Positions 30,941-44,324 of a DNA stretch of 64,000 nucleotides are shown one piece after another. The notes below the pieces were generated by a model that ran no database searches, was not told where the DNA came from, and saw only the letters and a program-made list of their open reading frames with translations. The translations under genes and the position numbers were made by a program. Source of the stretch: Eledone cirrhosa. Its lineage: Eukaryota. Every line of letters starts with the position of its first letter. Position 1 is the stretch's first letter. The DNA lies in the NCBI GenBank assembly GCA_964016885.1, contig OZ024756.1, positions 34,534,001 to 34,598,000 of the forward strand, given 5' to 3'.

Positions 30941-32955
30941 TATATATATGTACAAAAGTGTTGTTTATCTTAGTTGTTACATAGTAATTTCCTGATGATA
31001 AGCAGGTCCTAGTGTTCCAAAGCACTACACGTCAGTAGTTTATCCCAGGAAGGTGATATTGAGTGACAGAGTAGTCATATATATGTATATATATATATAA
31101 TATAATATAATACAACATAACATAACTATTATATAGTATAGTAAAAGATACAATAACATTTCACTATAGCTTGCTGTAATATAATATAATATAATATAAT
31201 ATAGTATAATATGATATAATACAATACAATATATGATATGATATAATATATGGTATGATATAGTATAGTATAATATAATATAATATAGTAGAAACTACTA
31301 TAACAATACAATGAAATGTCTTTACAACATTGACTTGCCTTATTCCATGTGTTTCTTGATCAGATTTGTATGATATTATCTAGTAGAGATAAAACACTAA
31401 CAGTATATATTGATTTTTTACTTAACTTAGTCAGCTGCTGTGACCTCTCTATACACACTGTGTATGTGTGTATGTGTGGAGAGAGGGAGAGAGAGAAAGA
31501 GAGAAAGAAAGACTGGCCACGTATAATACATACGCATACATACATACATATATACATGTATAATATATATATGTATACATCCACTCATATGTATGTATAG
31601 ATATGTATATATCAATAGTTTCTTGGCGTGTTTCTTTGGATTTATCCCTATCTAGATTTACTGCAGAACAATCTATGGAGAAGGTGTAAGTAGTAAGCTT
31701 TTCTATGTATTTCTTATTTTCATTCTATATATATCTGTATATTATATATAGACGTATGTGTGTATATATATCATCTTCGTTTTTAACGTCCATCTTCCAC
31801 ATTAGCATGGGTTAGACGGGAGTTGTCCCACTTGAGGCAAGGTTGGTCAGGTGACCGTGTCTCGCTCATATAGGACTATCTGGCAGGTTTTCTACGGCTG
31901 GATGCCCTTCCTAACACCAACCACAATTACAGTGTGGAACTGGGAATATATATATATAATATATACATATATATATATATATATACATATATATATGTAT
32001 ATGTATATCCATATATATTTGTATGTATATATATATATATGCATATATATTTGTATGTATATATATATATATGCATATATATTTGTATGTATATGTATGT
32101 ATATCTTTAAGGTAAAGGTAATGGCCCCCTTTCGTCATGAATGACTATGGGATTTGTACCTAGAAAGTTCCCCTCCGAGGCATAAGTCCAGGCAAGGTTG
32201 TTTGTGGAAGAGCAACAAATGCCCATGCATACCAGTTTCCCCTCCCTACGCAACCGATATTGTCCAAGGGAATGTATATATATATATAATTATTATTATT
32301 TCTGTTTAGCCCCAGGACATGCTTATTCGTGCAGACCTAGTAGGACATATTTAAATATTTAATATAGAAAGGAGAACAAAACAAAATATTAAAAAAATAC
32401 AAGTCTTTATGAGTGTCATTGTTTTTTCATTATTGTTGTTGTTATTTTTCCACTTTTGTTATTTACCGATATCTCAAGAAATTTGAAGTTTTATATAAAC
32501 ACCTCCAATAGTTTTATATCTTTCACTCTCATTTTACTTAAAGTACATCATTACAAATACAGTGCCATTATAAAATACACCCAGTACACTCTGTAAAGTA
32601 CTGGAGTGTATTAAGTGAGACGTGGCATCCAGCTTATCTTTACAATGTTGGCTGAGTACCTTTATTGTTGTAACAGTATATTAACCCATTAACCCTTGGA
32701 GAGTATACCCCAGACTGTTGCCACTGTATTCTTTGATTGTGTTTATAATTCAAATTGTATAATAAATATGTTTTGATATTTCAGCAATAAACTTTGCAGT
32801 GGCTAACAAAATTGCTTGATGAAGGAAAGCTGGGATATTTTATATTGGAATTTCTTCATCAGTCAAGAACTGATTCAGAGGAACAGAGAGAAGAGAAGAA
32901 AGTAAAAGAGAAAGAAAAAAAGACCTAATCACCAGGTTGAGGTAACAAATTAAGA

Positions 32956-33678
32956 ATGGATGAATCTTTGTATGAAAACTTCATTTGTAATCTTTGTCTG
33001 GAGCCTTACACTGAACCAAAGTCACTTCCATGTCTCCACTGTTTTTGTATGGAATGTTTGTTACAATATCTTCAGTCTCGTCAGCCGACCAATGCCTCTG
33101 CTTCTTCTGTACTCTACTATGACAACTTTCCTTGTCCAGTCTGTAAATTCAGAGTGAAACTGGAATGGCAGCAGAGGCTGAGTTTTGCTAACCTCAGATC
33201 TGTAGTGAACTCGTTCCCAGATAATTTCCATATGGTGAATCTCATGGAACAACTGGACATCAGACCAGTCACCAAATTTTGTGGCATCTGCATGGGAGAT
33301 GACATCAAATCAAAGAGTATCTCCTGGTGCCAAGACTGCTACCAATCTCTGTGTGATAACTGTACAGATTCCCACAGGAATCTCCAGTTGACATCCGACC
33401 ATACGTTGATAACGGACTGCAGTGTAAAGGGCTTCCTATTTGCAAACAATGCTTACCCATGTCCAAAACATGACACTGAATCGCTGAGGTCATTCTGTAG
33501 CAAATGCAAGGTGTGTATATGCTACAAATGTCATCTGACTGAGCACAAGAACTGTGAGAAGATTATTCTGTTGGAGGAAGCTGTGTCGGATTATTCTACG
33601 ACAGCTGATGTTATCATAGACAACCTCAAAAAACACATGGAAGATATGGTGCTTCTACGAGATAGAATAACCAAACAG
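32956..33678 (+). CDS. TRIM gene coding exon 1 (RING + two B-boxes)
   Basis: 241 codons with intact Cys/His patterns; ends ACC AAA CAG|gtaag. Confidence 0.93.
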
Positions 33679-36600
33679 GTAAGATATTGTTGCTCCATGA
33701 ATGGGAATTTGATTATATATACACACATATATATAGACATATATATATACATACACCAATATATACATATATATATATAGACATATATATACATACACCA
33801 ATATATACATATATATATATACACCAATATATAAAATGTTATATAGTAAACAGTGTTTTATACAAGACTGCTAATATTAAATTAATATAAGTCTTTTAAT
33901 GTTATTTACAAGACTATCAATATTATATTAATATAGACCTGTTAATATCATGTAACGTTATGTAATAAACAGTGTTATATACAAGACTATCAATATTATA
34001 TTAATATAGACATGTTAATATCATGTAATGTTATGTAATAAACAGTGTTATATACAAGACTATCAATATTATATTAATATAGACCTGTTAATATCATGTA
34101 ATGTTATGTAATAAACAGTGTTATATACAAGACTATCAATATTATATTAATATAGACATGTTAATATCATGTAATGTTATGTAATAAACAGTGTTATATA
34201 CAAGACTATCAATATTATATTAATATAGACCTGTTAATATTATGTAATAAACAGTGTTATATACAAGACTATCAATATTATATTAATATAGACCTGTTAA
34301 TATCATGTAATGTTATGTAATAAACAGTGTTATATACAAGACTATCAATATTATATTAATATAGACATGTTAATATCATGTAATGTTATGTAATAAACAG
34401 TGTTATATACAAGACTATCAATATTATATTAATATAGACCTGTTAATATCATGTAATGTTATGTAATAAACAGTGTTATATACAAGACTATCAATATTAT
34501 ATTAATATAGACCTGTTAATATCATGTAACGTTATGTAATAAACAGTGTTATATACAAGACTATCAATATTATATTAATATAGACCTGTTAATATGTAAC
34601 GGTATGTAATAAACAGTGTTATATACAAGACTATCAATATTATATTAATATAGACCTGTTAATATGTAACGTTATGTAATAAACAGTGTTATATACAAGA
34701 CTATCAATATTATATTAATATAGACCTATTAATATCATGTAATGTTATGTAATAAACAGTGTTATACACAAGACTATCAATATTATATTAATATAGACCT
34801 GTTAATATGTAACGTTATGTAATAAACAGTGTTATATACAAGACTATCAATATTATATTAATATAGACCTGTTAATATGTAACGTTATGTAATAAACAGT
34901 GTTATATACAAGACTATCAATATTATTTTAATATAAACCTAATAATTGTTTCTACATTTGACACAAGGCCAGCAATTATCCTAATGTATTACTGGTACTT
35001 TATTTTATCAACCCCCCGTAAGGATGAAAGGCAAAGTCAACCTCAGCGGGATTTGAACTCAGACCATAAAGGGCCTAATAACGTTATGTAATAAACAGCA
35101 CTATATACAACAATATCAATATCATATTAATATAAATGTGTTGTTATGTAATAAACAGTGTTGTGTACAAGACTACGCATTACCTTATTACATGTGTGTG
35201 TGTGGGGGGGGGGGGGGGGGTACAGAAAAAAAAGGGTTCAGAAAACACTGTTGTGGTCTGTCCAAGAAAAATCAATCATTGTGTCTGGGATTAGTAATAA
35301 CATAAGATCAATAATGTGACATCTGTTCAATATAAGATTATAGGAGTTGTCAACTAAGCTTGACACACCCTTTACATCTTGAAGGTTGGTGTCATACGGT
35401 GTGTGTGAGGGAGGGGGGGTATGTATGTCTGTTTGTGAATGTGTGTGTTTGTTTCTGTGTATCTATAAGTGTGTGTGTATGTATAAGTGTGCGTGTTTAT
35501 GTGTGTGTGTATGTGTGTTTGTCTCTATGTGGGTGTTTGTCTCTGTGTGGGTGTGTATGTGTGTGAGTGTGTGTGTATGTGTGTGCGTATTTGTCTTTAT
35601 GTGTGTGAGTTTGCGTGTATGTCTATGTTTGTCTCTATATGTGTGTGTCTGTGTATGTATAAGTGTGTGTATATGTGTGTATGTGCATGTTTGTCTCTAT
35701 GTGTGTGTGTATGTATACATATGTGTATGTGTGTGTGTGAAGATTAGTCAGAAACTCAGAATCAATAAGTGAACTTATTTGGGTAAATCATTGATCAACA
35801 GTTTACGTTTTATTTTAGTATATTAACATCATCATCATCATCATTGTCATCGTCATCGTCATCATCATCATCATTTGGCAGTATCGGTAGAGGGTCGGAC
35901 GCCATACTTTCCAGCATAGTTACGTCCCTTTACAATCTGAGTTCAAATCCCGCCGAGGTTGACTTTGCCTTTCATCCTTACGGGGTCGATAAAATAAAGT
36001 ACCAGTAATGCACTGGGTAATTGCTGGCCTTGTGCCTAAAGTAGAAACAATTATTATTATTGTCATTTTCGCCATCATTATCATTACCATTGTCATTATC
36101 ATCACCATCGCCATCACCACAACAACCACAAGCCCCGCCACCATCACCACCACCATCATCATCATGTATGTATATTATATATATCCTATCTCTGTACTAC
36201 CCATTCCCACTTTCTCTTTATCCATATATATATATATGTGTGTGTATATGTCTTTTATATATATCATCTCGCTCTCTCATTCTCTCTGTCAGCGCAATAC
36301 AGCCTTTGACCGTCGAGCAAGCATAGTGTCTGAGATCCAGGACACAACCAGTCGACTGATAGATTCTCTCAAAATGAATGAGACCAACCTGATTGAAGAA
36401 CTCGAGAAATTCTACAAAGAAGAGGACTCCAAGAGAGAAATTCTTGAGAATGACATTAATGATACGCTGTCGAATCTCTCTGAGACTTACAAAATATTTG
36501 AGAACTGTTACCGAGGAAAAAACGAGCCACAGTTCCTTAACTTGGTCAATACAATTGACAAAGAAATTCCAGATCATGAAAAGAAAGTAAGGAAACTGTT

Positions 36601-37099
36601 TGACAGAATTGACAAAGAAAAGAGACATTTTCGTTTTGACATGAATTCCAAAATTCAGGAGTGTTTGAAGAAACTGGAAGGTCTTCCACTCGGAACGGTT
36701 ACCATATCTTCTGAGTCTCCAGCAGAAGAAACAGGGGATGATAGTATTGTGAGATACAACCTACCCAAAATAGACTCTTCCACATCTATGGCACTTATAG
36801 AAACAACAGAGGTCGCTACAGAAACGGCACTGGTTGAGGTAAACTGTGACAAGACCCGGCAACTTAAACATCGAGGATTGTTGTCTTGGCTGTGTAGACG
36901 TGGACCACCAAAGGTACCACACATAACCAGGTCTGTGAGCCAGTCAAAAACCTCCCTGCTGGCTGACGGAGTCATATTTTTGTCTGCAGGTAAAAGCATT
37001 TTTCTTTCATACATATCCTAATGGTCTTTCTAATGAAACACATTGTTTCATTATCATCATCATCACCATCATAAATATCATCATCATCATCACCATCAC

Positions 37100-37131
<32 letters not shown>

Positions 37132-37974
37132 GCATCATCATCACCAGTACCTTTTGACATCTAATTTCCATGTTTGCATGGGTTAGATGGGTTGGCCAGC
37201 CCTGAAGCTAGACAGGCAAGTCAAAAGACTGTGTCTTGCTCATATGTTCTGGTTTGGGTTTGGGCTTATACAGCTGAATGCCCTTCCTAATGCCAACCAC
37301 TTCATGGCTTGTAATGGGTTTTTTTTTTTTTTCCTGATACCAAAACTACTCCTTTACAGTATAGGCTGGGTGCATTTTATTGTGGCCCAAGCACTACCAC
37401 TTTACAGTGTAGGCTGGGTACATATTATCATGGCGCCAACACTACCACTTGATAGTATTGGCTGGGTGTATTTTATCATGGCACCAGTACTACCACTTTA
37501 AAGTGGGGGCTGGGTACATTTTATCATGGCACCAGTACTACCATTTTACAATGTTGGCTGGATACATTTTATCATGGCACCAGTACTACCACTTTACAAT
37601 GTTGGCTGGATACATTTTATCATGGCACCAGTACTACCACTTTACAATGTGGGGGCTGGGTACATTTTATCATAGCGCCAGCACATAATTTTTTAAATAA
37701 TCAGAAATTGGAGGAATTTAATAATATTATCAACTTTCCCATTTGTAAGCTGGTGTCTGTTCTTAAAGAAATTATGATGGAAGGTTTAAATTTAAATATA
37801 AAGACTTTAAATCAATTTTTTTAATCACTAAAACATTGCCAGTGGGTTGGTTTCAATAGAGTTAAATCCTTTTGTTAATGTATTTCTAATTGAATAAAGA
37901 TTGATTAATAGTATTCCAGCCATGACCATCCTGTCATTGAATTGATCTGATTTGTATTTTTATTTCCAGAGTGA
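32956..37974 (+). CDS. TRIM (RING-Bbox1-Bbox2-coiled-coil) E3 ubiquitin ligase, TRIM2/3/45/56-like, spliced
   Basis: Exon 32956-33678 (acceptor at 32784, donor CAG|gtaag): RING CNLC..LPCLHCFCMEC..CPVC, B-box1 CGIC..CQDC..CDNC..H..H, B-box2 CPKH..FCSKC..CYKC..H. Exon 36293-36989: coiled coil and linker. Probable short last exon from 37970 with an immediate stop; the 3' end is uncertain. Confidence 0.85.
33840..34945. repeat. Minisatellite, 73-bp unit, about 15 copies (TRIM intron)
   Basis: gtaataaacagtgttatatacaagactatcaatattatattaatatagacctgttaatatcatgtaatgttat; period 73 at 33962/34035/34108. Confidence 0.95.
35877..36058 (+). mobile_element. SINE family B
   Basis: ggcagtatcggtagagggtcggac..gagttcaaatccc..tttcatccttacggggtcgataaaataaagtacc..(ATT)n; other copies at about 8996, 17222, 27760, 34945(-), 48226, 54955, 55100, 55820(-). 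Confidence 0.8.
36293..36989 (+). CDS. TRIM gene coding exon 2 (coiled coil)
   Basis: ctgtcag|CGC AAT ACA; E/K/L-rich heptads (RLIDSLKMNETNLIEELEKFY); donor GCA G|gtaaa. Confidence 0.85.
37290..37685. repeat. Tandem array of a ~50-bp SINE-derived module
   Basis: ccactttacagtg..gctgggtacattttatcatggcaccagtacta repeated; similar arrays at 3790-3945, 49860-50135 and 59045-59330(-). Confidence 0.75.
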
Positions 37975-38689
37975 GAAAGTCTGATGGATGAAGTTAAACC
38001 TATCTCCTGGACATTGGAAGGAAGACGATATTATTTTTGGAACTTATAAATATATCTGTAGTCTATATATAGGTTAAAATCTACACACACACACACACAC
38101 ATATATATAGTCTATATAAACATATATACAAAACGGACACATACATACATACAATAATTTCTTTCTTAGGAACAGGGAGCAAGTAAAATTGGAGAGGATG
38201 GGATTTGAAATTTCAAATTGATAAAACTTATATATTTTCTTAATCTGAAATCAAGTAAGACAAAATTTTAAAATATATATATATATATAAAGAATGATTA
38301 AATTTAAAAAATGAAAAGAAAAAAAATGAAAATGAAAAAAGAAGAACATATATAAACTGAAAATTAAATTATGGATTTAAATAAAATTTGAATTTGAATA
38401 CAAAAGAGATATCTTTTTAATATTTTAAAAACTGAGTTTTGAAAGAAGTTTTAATTTCATCATCATAATCTTCATCATCATCGTTACATTCAACCATCTT
38501 TTCTATGTACTATACATGCACCTTTGATGAGTTGTAGTGCACCTGAGCACTGTACACAATAATTTTATTATTATTATCATTGTTAGCATCATCATTATCA
38601 CTGTCATCATCATTGTCACCAATATTAATGCCGCCATTACACCCACCTCCATCATAGTTAACATCACCACCACCAACATGGCCGACTGA

Positions 38690-38925
38690 ATACACGTGTA
38701 TTTGTTCCTCCCCAATTTCTTTTTCTCATTTTCCTCGTTCTTTCTTCTCACTGCTCTTTACTTTCTATTTATCTTCTATTTTTAACTCTATCTTCTGATG
38801 AAGGACTAGTGTCCGAAACGTCAAGACTCTCTTCCTGCTATTTCAAGCATTAAACTAAGATATTTCTTCCATGTGCAGTGCCATCTGTTTTGTTATTTAG
38901 TTATGCTTGTTTACCTTTTACACAT
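38690..38925 (+). mobile_element. Hammerhead-bearing short repeat, family 1 (best copy)
   Basis: Pyrimidine-rich leader, hammerhead, shared 3' segment (cttcctgctatttcaagcattaaact...ttttgttattt), then (TA)n. Confidence 0.7.
38791..38826 (+). ncRNA. Minimal type-I hammerhead ribozyme (Penelope/retrozyme type), apparently intact
   Basis: TCTT-CTGATGA-A-GGAC-tagt-GTCC-GAAA-CG-TC^AAGA: full core, 4-bp stem II, palindromic ACGT stem III, GUC triplet, TCTT/AAGA stem I. Confidence 0.8.
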
Positions 38926-38955
38926 ATATATATATATATGTGTGTGTCTATAAAT

Positions 38956-39271
38956 ATCATCATCATCATTTTACGTCCGCTTTTCCCTGCTTGCAAGGGT
39001 GGGACCGGAACTGATTCTGGCTTGATTTCTACACCAACCTCATTTACAGTGAGTGCTGGGTGCTTTTTTGCCGTGGCACCTCCACGACCACTTTGCAGTG
39101 GAATGATATGGATCCCAGTCCCTATCATCTCATTTCTACAGCTGAGTAAACTGGAACAATGTGAAATAAAGTGTCTTGCTAAAGGAAACAACACATCACC
39201 TGGTCTGAGAATTGAACTCCCAACCTTTCGATTGCAAGGCCAATGCTCTAACCACTAAGCCATGTGCCTCC
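38956..39271 (-). mobile_element. tRNA-derived SINE family A
   Basis: Reverse complement of the 53967 copy with a small deletion. Confidence 0.85.
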
Positions 39272-39444
39272 ATATATATATAGATATACATATTTATATA
39301 CACACACACATATACATATATATATTTATATATATATATATATGGGGTGGGGTGTTTGTGTGTGTATGTATAATGGTGAGAAGGGAACAAACAATTCATT
39401 GCTGACAGTAGCTTACCTTAAACCTGTTTGTATTACAATGTCAC

Positions 39445-39477
<33 letters not shown>

Positions 39478-40424
39478 TGTCATTGCCATCATATGACTAC
39501 ACATATTCCTAGACACGCACACATATACTGAGAAGTAAACAGGGTTTGTTTACAACAGAAATACAAATACAAAAATACATACATACATACATATACATAC
39601 ATCCATACATCCATACTTACATATATATATATATATATGTGTGTGTATGGGGATGTGTGTGTGTATACATATATGTATGTATATATATATATATATCTGT
39701 GTGTATGAGGATATGTGTGTGTGTATATATATATATATATATCTGTGTGTATGGGGATATGTGTGTATAAATGTATATATATCTATATATATGTGTGTAT
39801 GGGGATGTGTGTGTATACATATATGTATATATATATATATATATATATCTGTGTGTATGGGGATATGTGTGTGTATATATGTTTGTATACTGCTTGAGGA
39901 ACTGTTCCCCTTACTGACACAATAACAATATCTTACATATAGGTTTAGTGTGTGATTAGTAGGATTATCTCCCCTCACACCTCTTCTCCAATCCCTTCAT
40001 CCTCCAACTGATCCCATGTGAAATTCACTCCAGAGTAGAAAACATTGTTTTGGGTGGTTTGCTTGTATATATATATATATATAATTTTATACAAATGTAT
40101 GCTGTTTTAGAGAGTCCAACCAATGCAAGCATGAAATAGTGGGTTTAAAATGATGAAAAAGATGATAGTTATCATCATCATGGTTTAACGTCCATTTTTC
40201 ACACAAGCATGGGGTAGACGGCTTGTCTCATTAGATGCAAGTTGGGTCAGGTGACCATGTCTTGCTCATACAGAACTGTTTCTGGTTAGGTTTTTACTTT
40301 TGGATGCCCACCTTAACGTCAACCATATTTACAGTGTGTGCTGGGTGCTTTTTGTTGTGGCACCTACATGACCACCACTTTACAGTGTGGACTGGGTGGT
40401 TTTATATTGTGGCACCTACACACC

Positions 40425-40472
<48 letters not shown>

Positions 40473-40789
40473 AATATATAGTGGTGCTATTAAGTTAGAC
40501 ATGGCCTGCACCAATACTGATCAAAGTTATCAAAGTTATATATATATATATATACATATATATACTTCAAGTGAATGAGTGTGTGTGTGTATGTGGGGGT
40601 GTTGTTGTGAGTGTGTTCATGGTGATGGTGATGTATGTGTGTGCAAGTGTGTGTGGTAGATGTGGTGGTGGTGGTGGTGTGTGTGTATGTTAACCAAACA
40701 TCAGAAGATGGTATGTTCACGTCCTACTTAGTTTGGTCTAGTCTGTGAATCAGTAGGACTTAAAACTTCCACCCTCTAAAGAACACATT

Positions 40790-42010
<1,221 letters not shown>

Positions 42011-42496
42011 CTTATATAATGGTTAGAACCATAAAAGAATAAAATAATATATACATCTATTAGAATAATATGTTTAAATACCGACAAATTATACACACAC
42101 ACACACATATATCTACATACATATATATATGTGTGTGTATGTGTGTGTGCTTATTTGTGTCTGTCTGTGTGTGTGTATGATTTGTCATTATTGTTATGTT
42201 AATGTTAAACATTATTTTTGTAGAGGAGATGAGTTAAGGTGGAAGTGGTGGTACTGCTGCTACTTCTTGTGGTGGTGGTGGTGGTGGTGGTGTTGGTCTT
42301 GATAATATGGTCCTTATTTGGGGTGAAGGGACTTTGGTACATATATATATATATATATATAGATAAATCTACCAAAAGTTTACGGTAGTGTCCAATCCGT
42401 ATGAAGAATATATATATATTTATTAAAATAACATTAAAGTTTAAGCAAAGAATCGCTGCTTTCACCCTTAACGGGATCTTCTTCTTCTTCTTCTTC

Positions 42497-42552
<56 letters not shown>

Positions 42553-43442
42553 CGAGGTGTGTCAGAAAAGTTCCAGGACTGATGTCACAAAAGATTTAAT
42601 TCAAACCCAAACTTTACACTAAGAGTTTTCTCCTTCAAAGTAATCCCCCTGGAGTACGTAACTGTAATCTTAACTCTCTGCAGCGATCAAACTTTTTTCT
42701 TCATAATTTTATATAGATGTCCTCTGTTTCAGGTCGTCAAGCAATGAGTACAGAGCAATGAACAAACTTGAAAACTCTGTCAGAAGCACTGGGATTGCTG
42801 CAGCAAGTGTATGGAGATGAGACGCTCACGTGTTTTTGAGTGGTACAAGAGGTTTAAAGAAGGACGCGTGGACGTGGAAGATGACCCCAGGAGTGGAAGG
42901 CCCTCAACAACCAGGACTGAGGTCAACGTTGAGCGCGTCAGGCAGATGGTGCGTAGCGATCGTCGGCTGACTGTTCGACTGATGGCAAATGAGCTGGGCA
43001 TGAATCGGGACAGCGTCTGGAAGATTCTCGCTGAAGATTTGGACATGCGGAAAGTCTGCGCGAAGATGGTGCAAAAACTGCTGAACAATGACCAGAAGGA
43101 TCAACGCATGCAAGTGTGCCAGGACATCCTCGAGCGTCTTGAAACCGAACCAGACTTTCTAGGGACAGTCATTACCGGTGATGAGTCATGGACCTTCGAG
43201 TACGACCCAGAGGGGACCCGTTTTGAAGACATGGACGACATCAAAAAGACTGTGATGACGGGATTCTTCCAGAAGTGCATGCAAGCGTGGCAGAAAAGGA
43301 TGGAAAAGTTCATTAGACACCAGAGGGATTACTTTGAAGGAGAAAACTCTTAGTGGGAAGTTTGGGTTTGAAATAAATCTTTTCTGACATCAGTCCTGGA
43401 ACTTTTCTGACATCAGTCCTGGAACTTTTCTGACACACCTCG
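42553..43442 (+). mobile_element. Mariner (Tc1/mariner) element, internally deleted, non-autonomous
   Basis: TA target-site duplications; TIR CGAGGTGTGTCAGAAAAGTTCCAGGACTGATGTCA extending to about 100 bp. ORF 42811-43353 has the HTH region (WYKRFKEGR..DDPRSGRPST) and VITGDESW, then jumps to the C-terminal RFEDMDDIK..DYFEG. The second and third catalytic Asp are absent. Confidence 0.93.
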
Positions 43443-43544
43443 TAAATATATATAAACAATGAGTTATAGACTTTGTTGATAAGTATTCAACAGAGTTATG
43501 TTCATAACAGATATGAAGCACTTGACAGATAAATTTATCTGGAG

Positions 43545-43604
<60 letters not shown>

Positions 43605-43607
<3 letters not shown>

Positions 43608-43835
43608 TATGCAAAAATTAAACAGAAATAACAAAACAAACCACACAGTACTATGAAGAAATATATTATTTCTATGCTTGATATAGTAGGAAAAAAGTCT
43701 TAACGTTTTGGATGCTAGTCCTTCATCAGAAAATAGAATGAGAAATTAAAGAAGAAATAGAAAGATAGAGGAGAAGGAGCAGGGGCAGAAACGATAAAAA
43801 CATTCTTCAAGAAATACCAGGACCCACGTATATCC
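43605..43835 (-). mobile_element. Hammerhead-bearing short repeat, family 1 (decayed copy)
   Basis: Reverse complement reads ttttCTGATGAAGGACTAGCATCCAAAACGTTAAGACttttttcctactatatcaagc...; lies between (TA)n and (TATG)n tracts. Confidence 0.7.
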
Positions 43836-43975
43836 GTATATATGTATGTATGTGTGTATGTATGTATGTATGTGCGTATTTATGTATGTATATATGTATG
43901 TGTGTATTTATGTATGTATATATGTATATATTTATATATGTCTGTATGTGTGTATATATGTATATATCTATGTAT

Positions 43976-44320
43976 GGAGGCACATGGCTTAGTGGTTAGA
44001 CCATTGGGCTTGCAATCGAAAGGTTGTGAGTTCAATTCTCAGACCGGGTGATGTGTTGTTTCCTTGAGCAAGACACTTTATTTCACATTGCTCCAGTTTA
44101 CTCAGCTGTAGAAATGAGATGATAGGGACTGGAGTACCTATCATTCCACTGCAAAGTGGTCATGGAGGTGCCACAGCAAAAAGCACCCAGTACTCACTGT
44201 AAATGAGGTTGGTGTTAGGAAGGGCATCCAGCTGTAGAAATCAAGCCAGAATCAGTTCCCGTCCCACCCTTGCAAGCAAGGAAAAGCGGACGTAAAATGA
44301 TGATGATGATGATGATGATG
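43976..44320 (+). mobile_element. tRNA-derived SINE family A
   Basis: Closely similar to 53967-54300. Confidence 0.85.
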
Positions 44321-44324
44321 TTAT

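Noticed and set aside
30990-31035. CTGATGA motif
   Set aside because: No stem II followed by GAAA.
33840-34945. Regular array resembling CRISPR
   Set aside because: Units are contiguous with no unique spacers; eukaryotic minisatellite, no cas genes.
36008-36292. Hydrophobic N-terminus of the 337-aa ORF suggesting a membrane protein
   Set aside because: Made of a SINE tail and (ATC)n/(TA)n intron sequence; the real exon starts at 36293.
43976-44050. tRNA-like sequence
   Set aside because: SINE head continuous with the SINE body; no proper acceptor stem.
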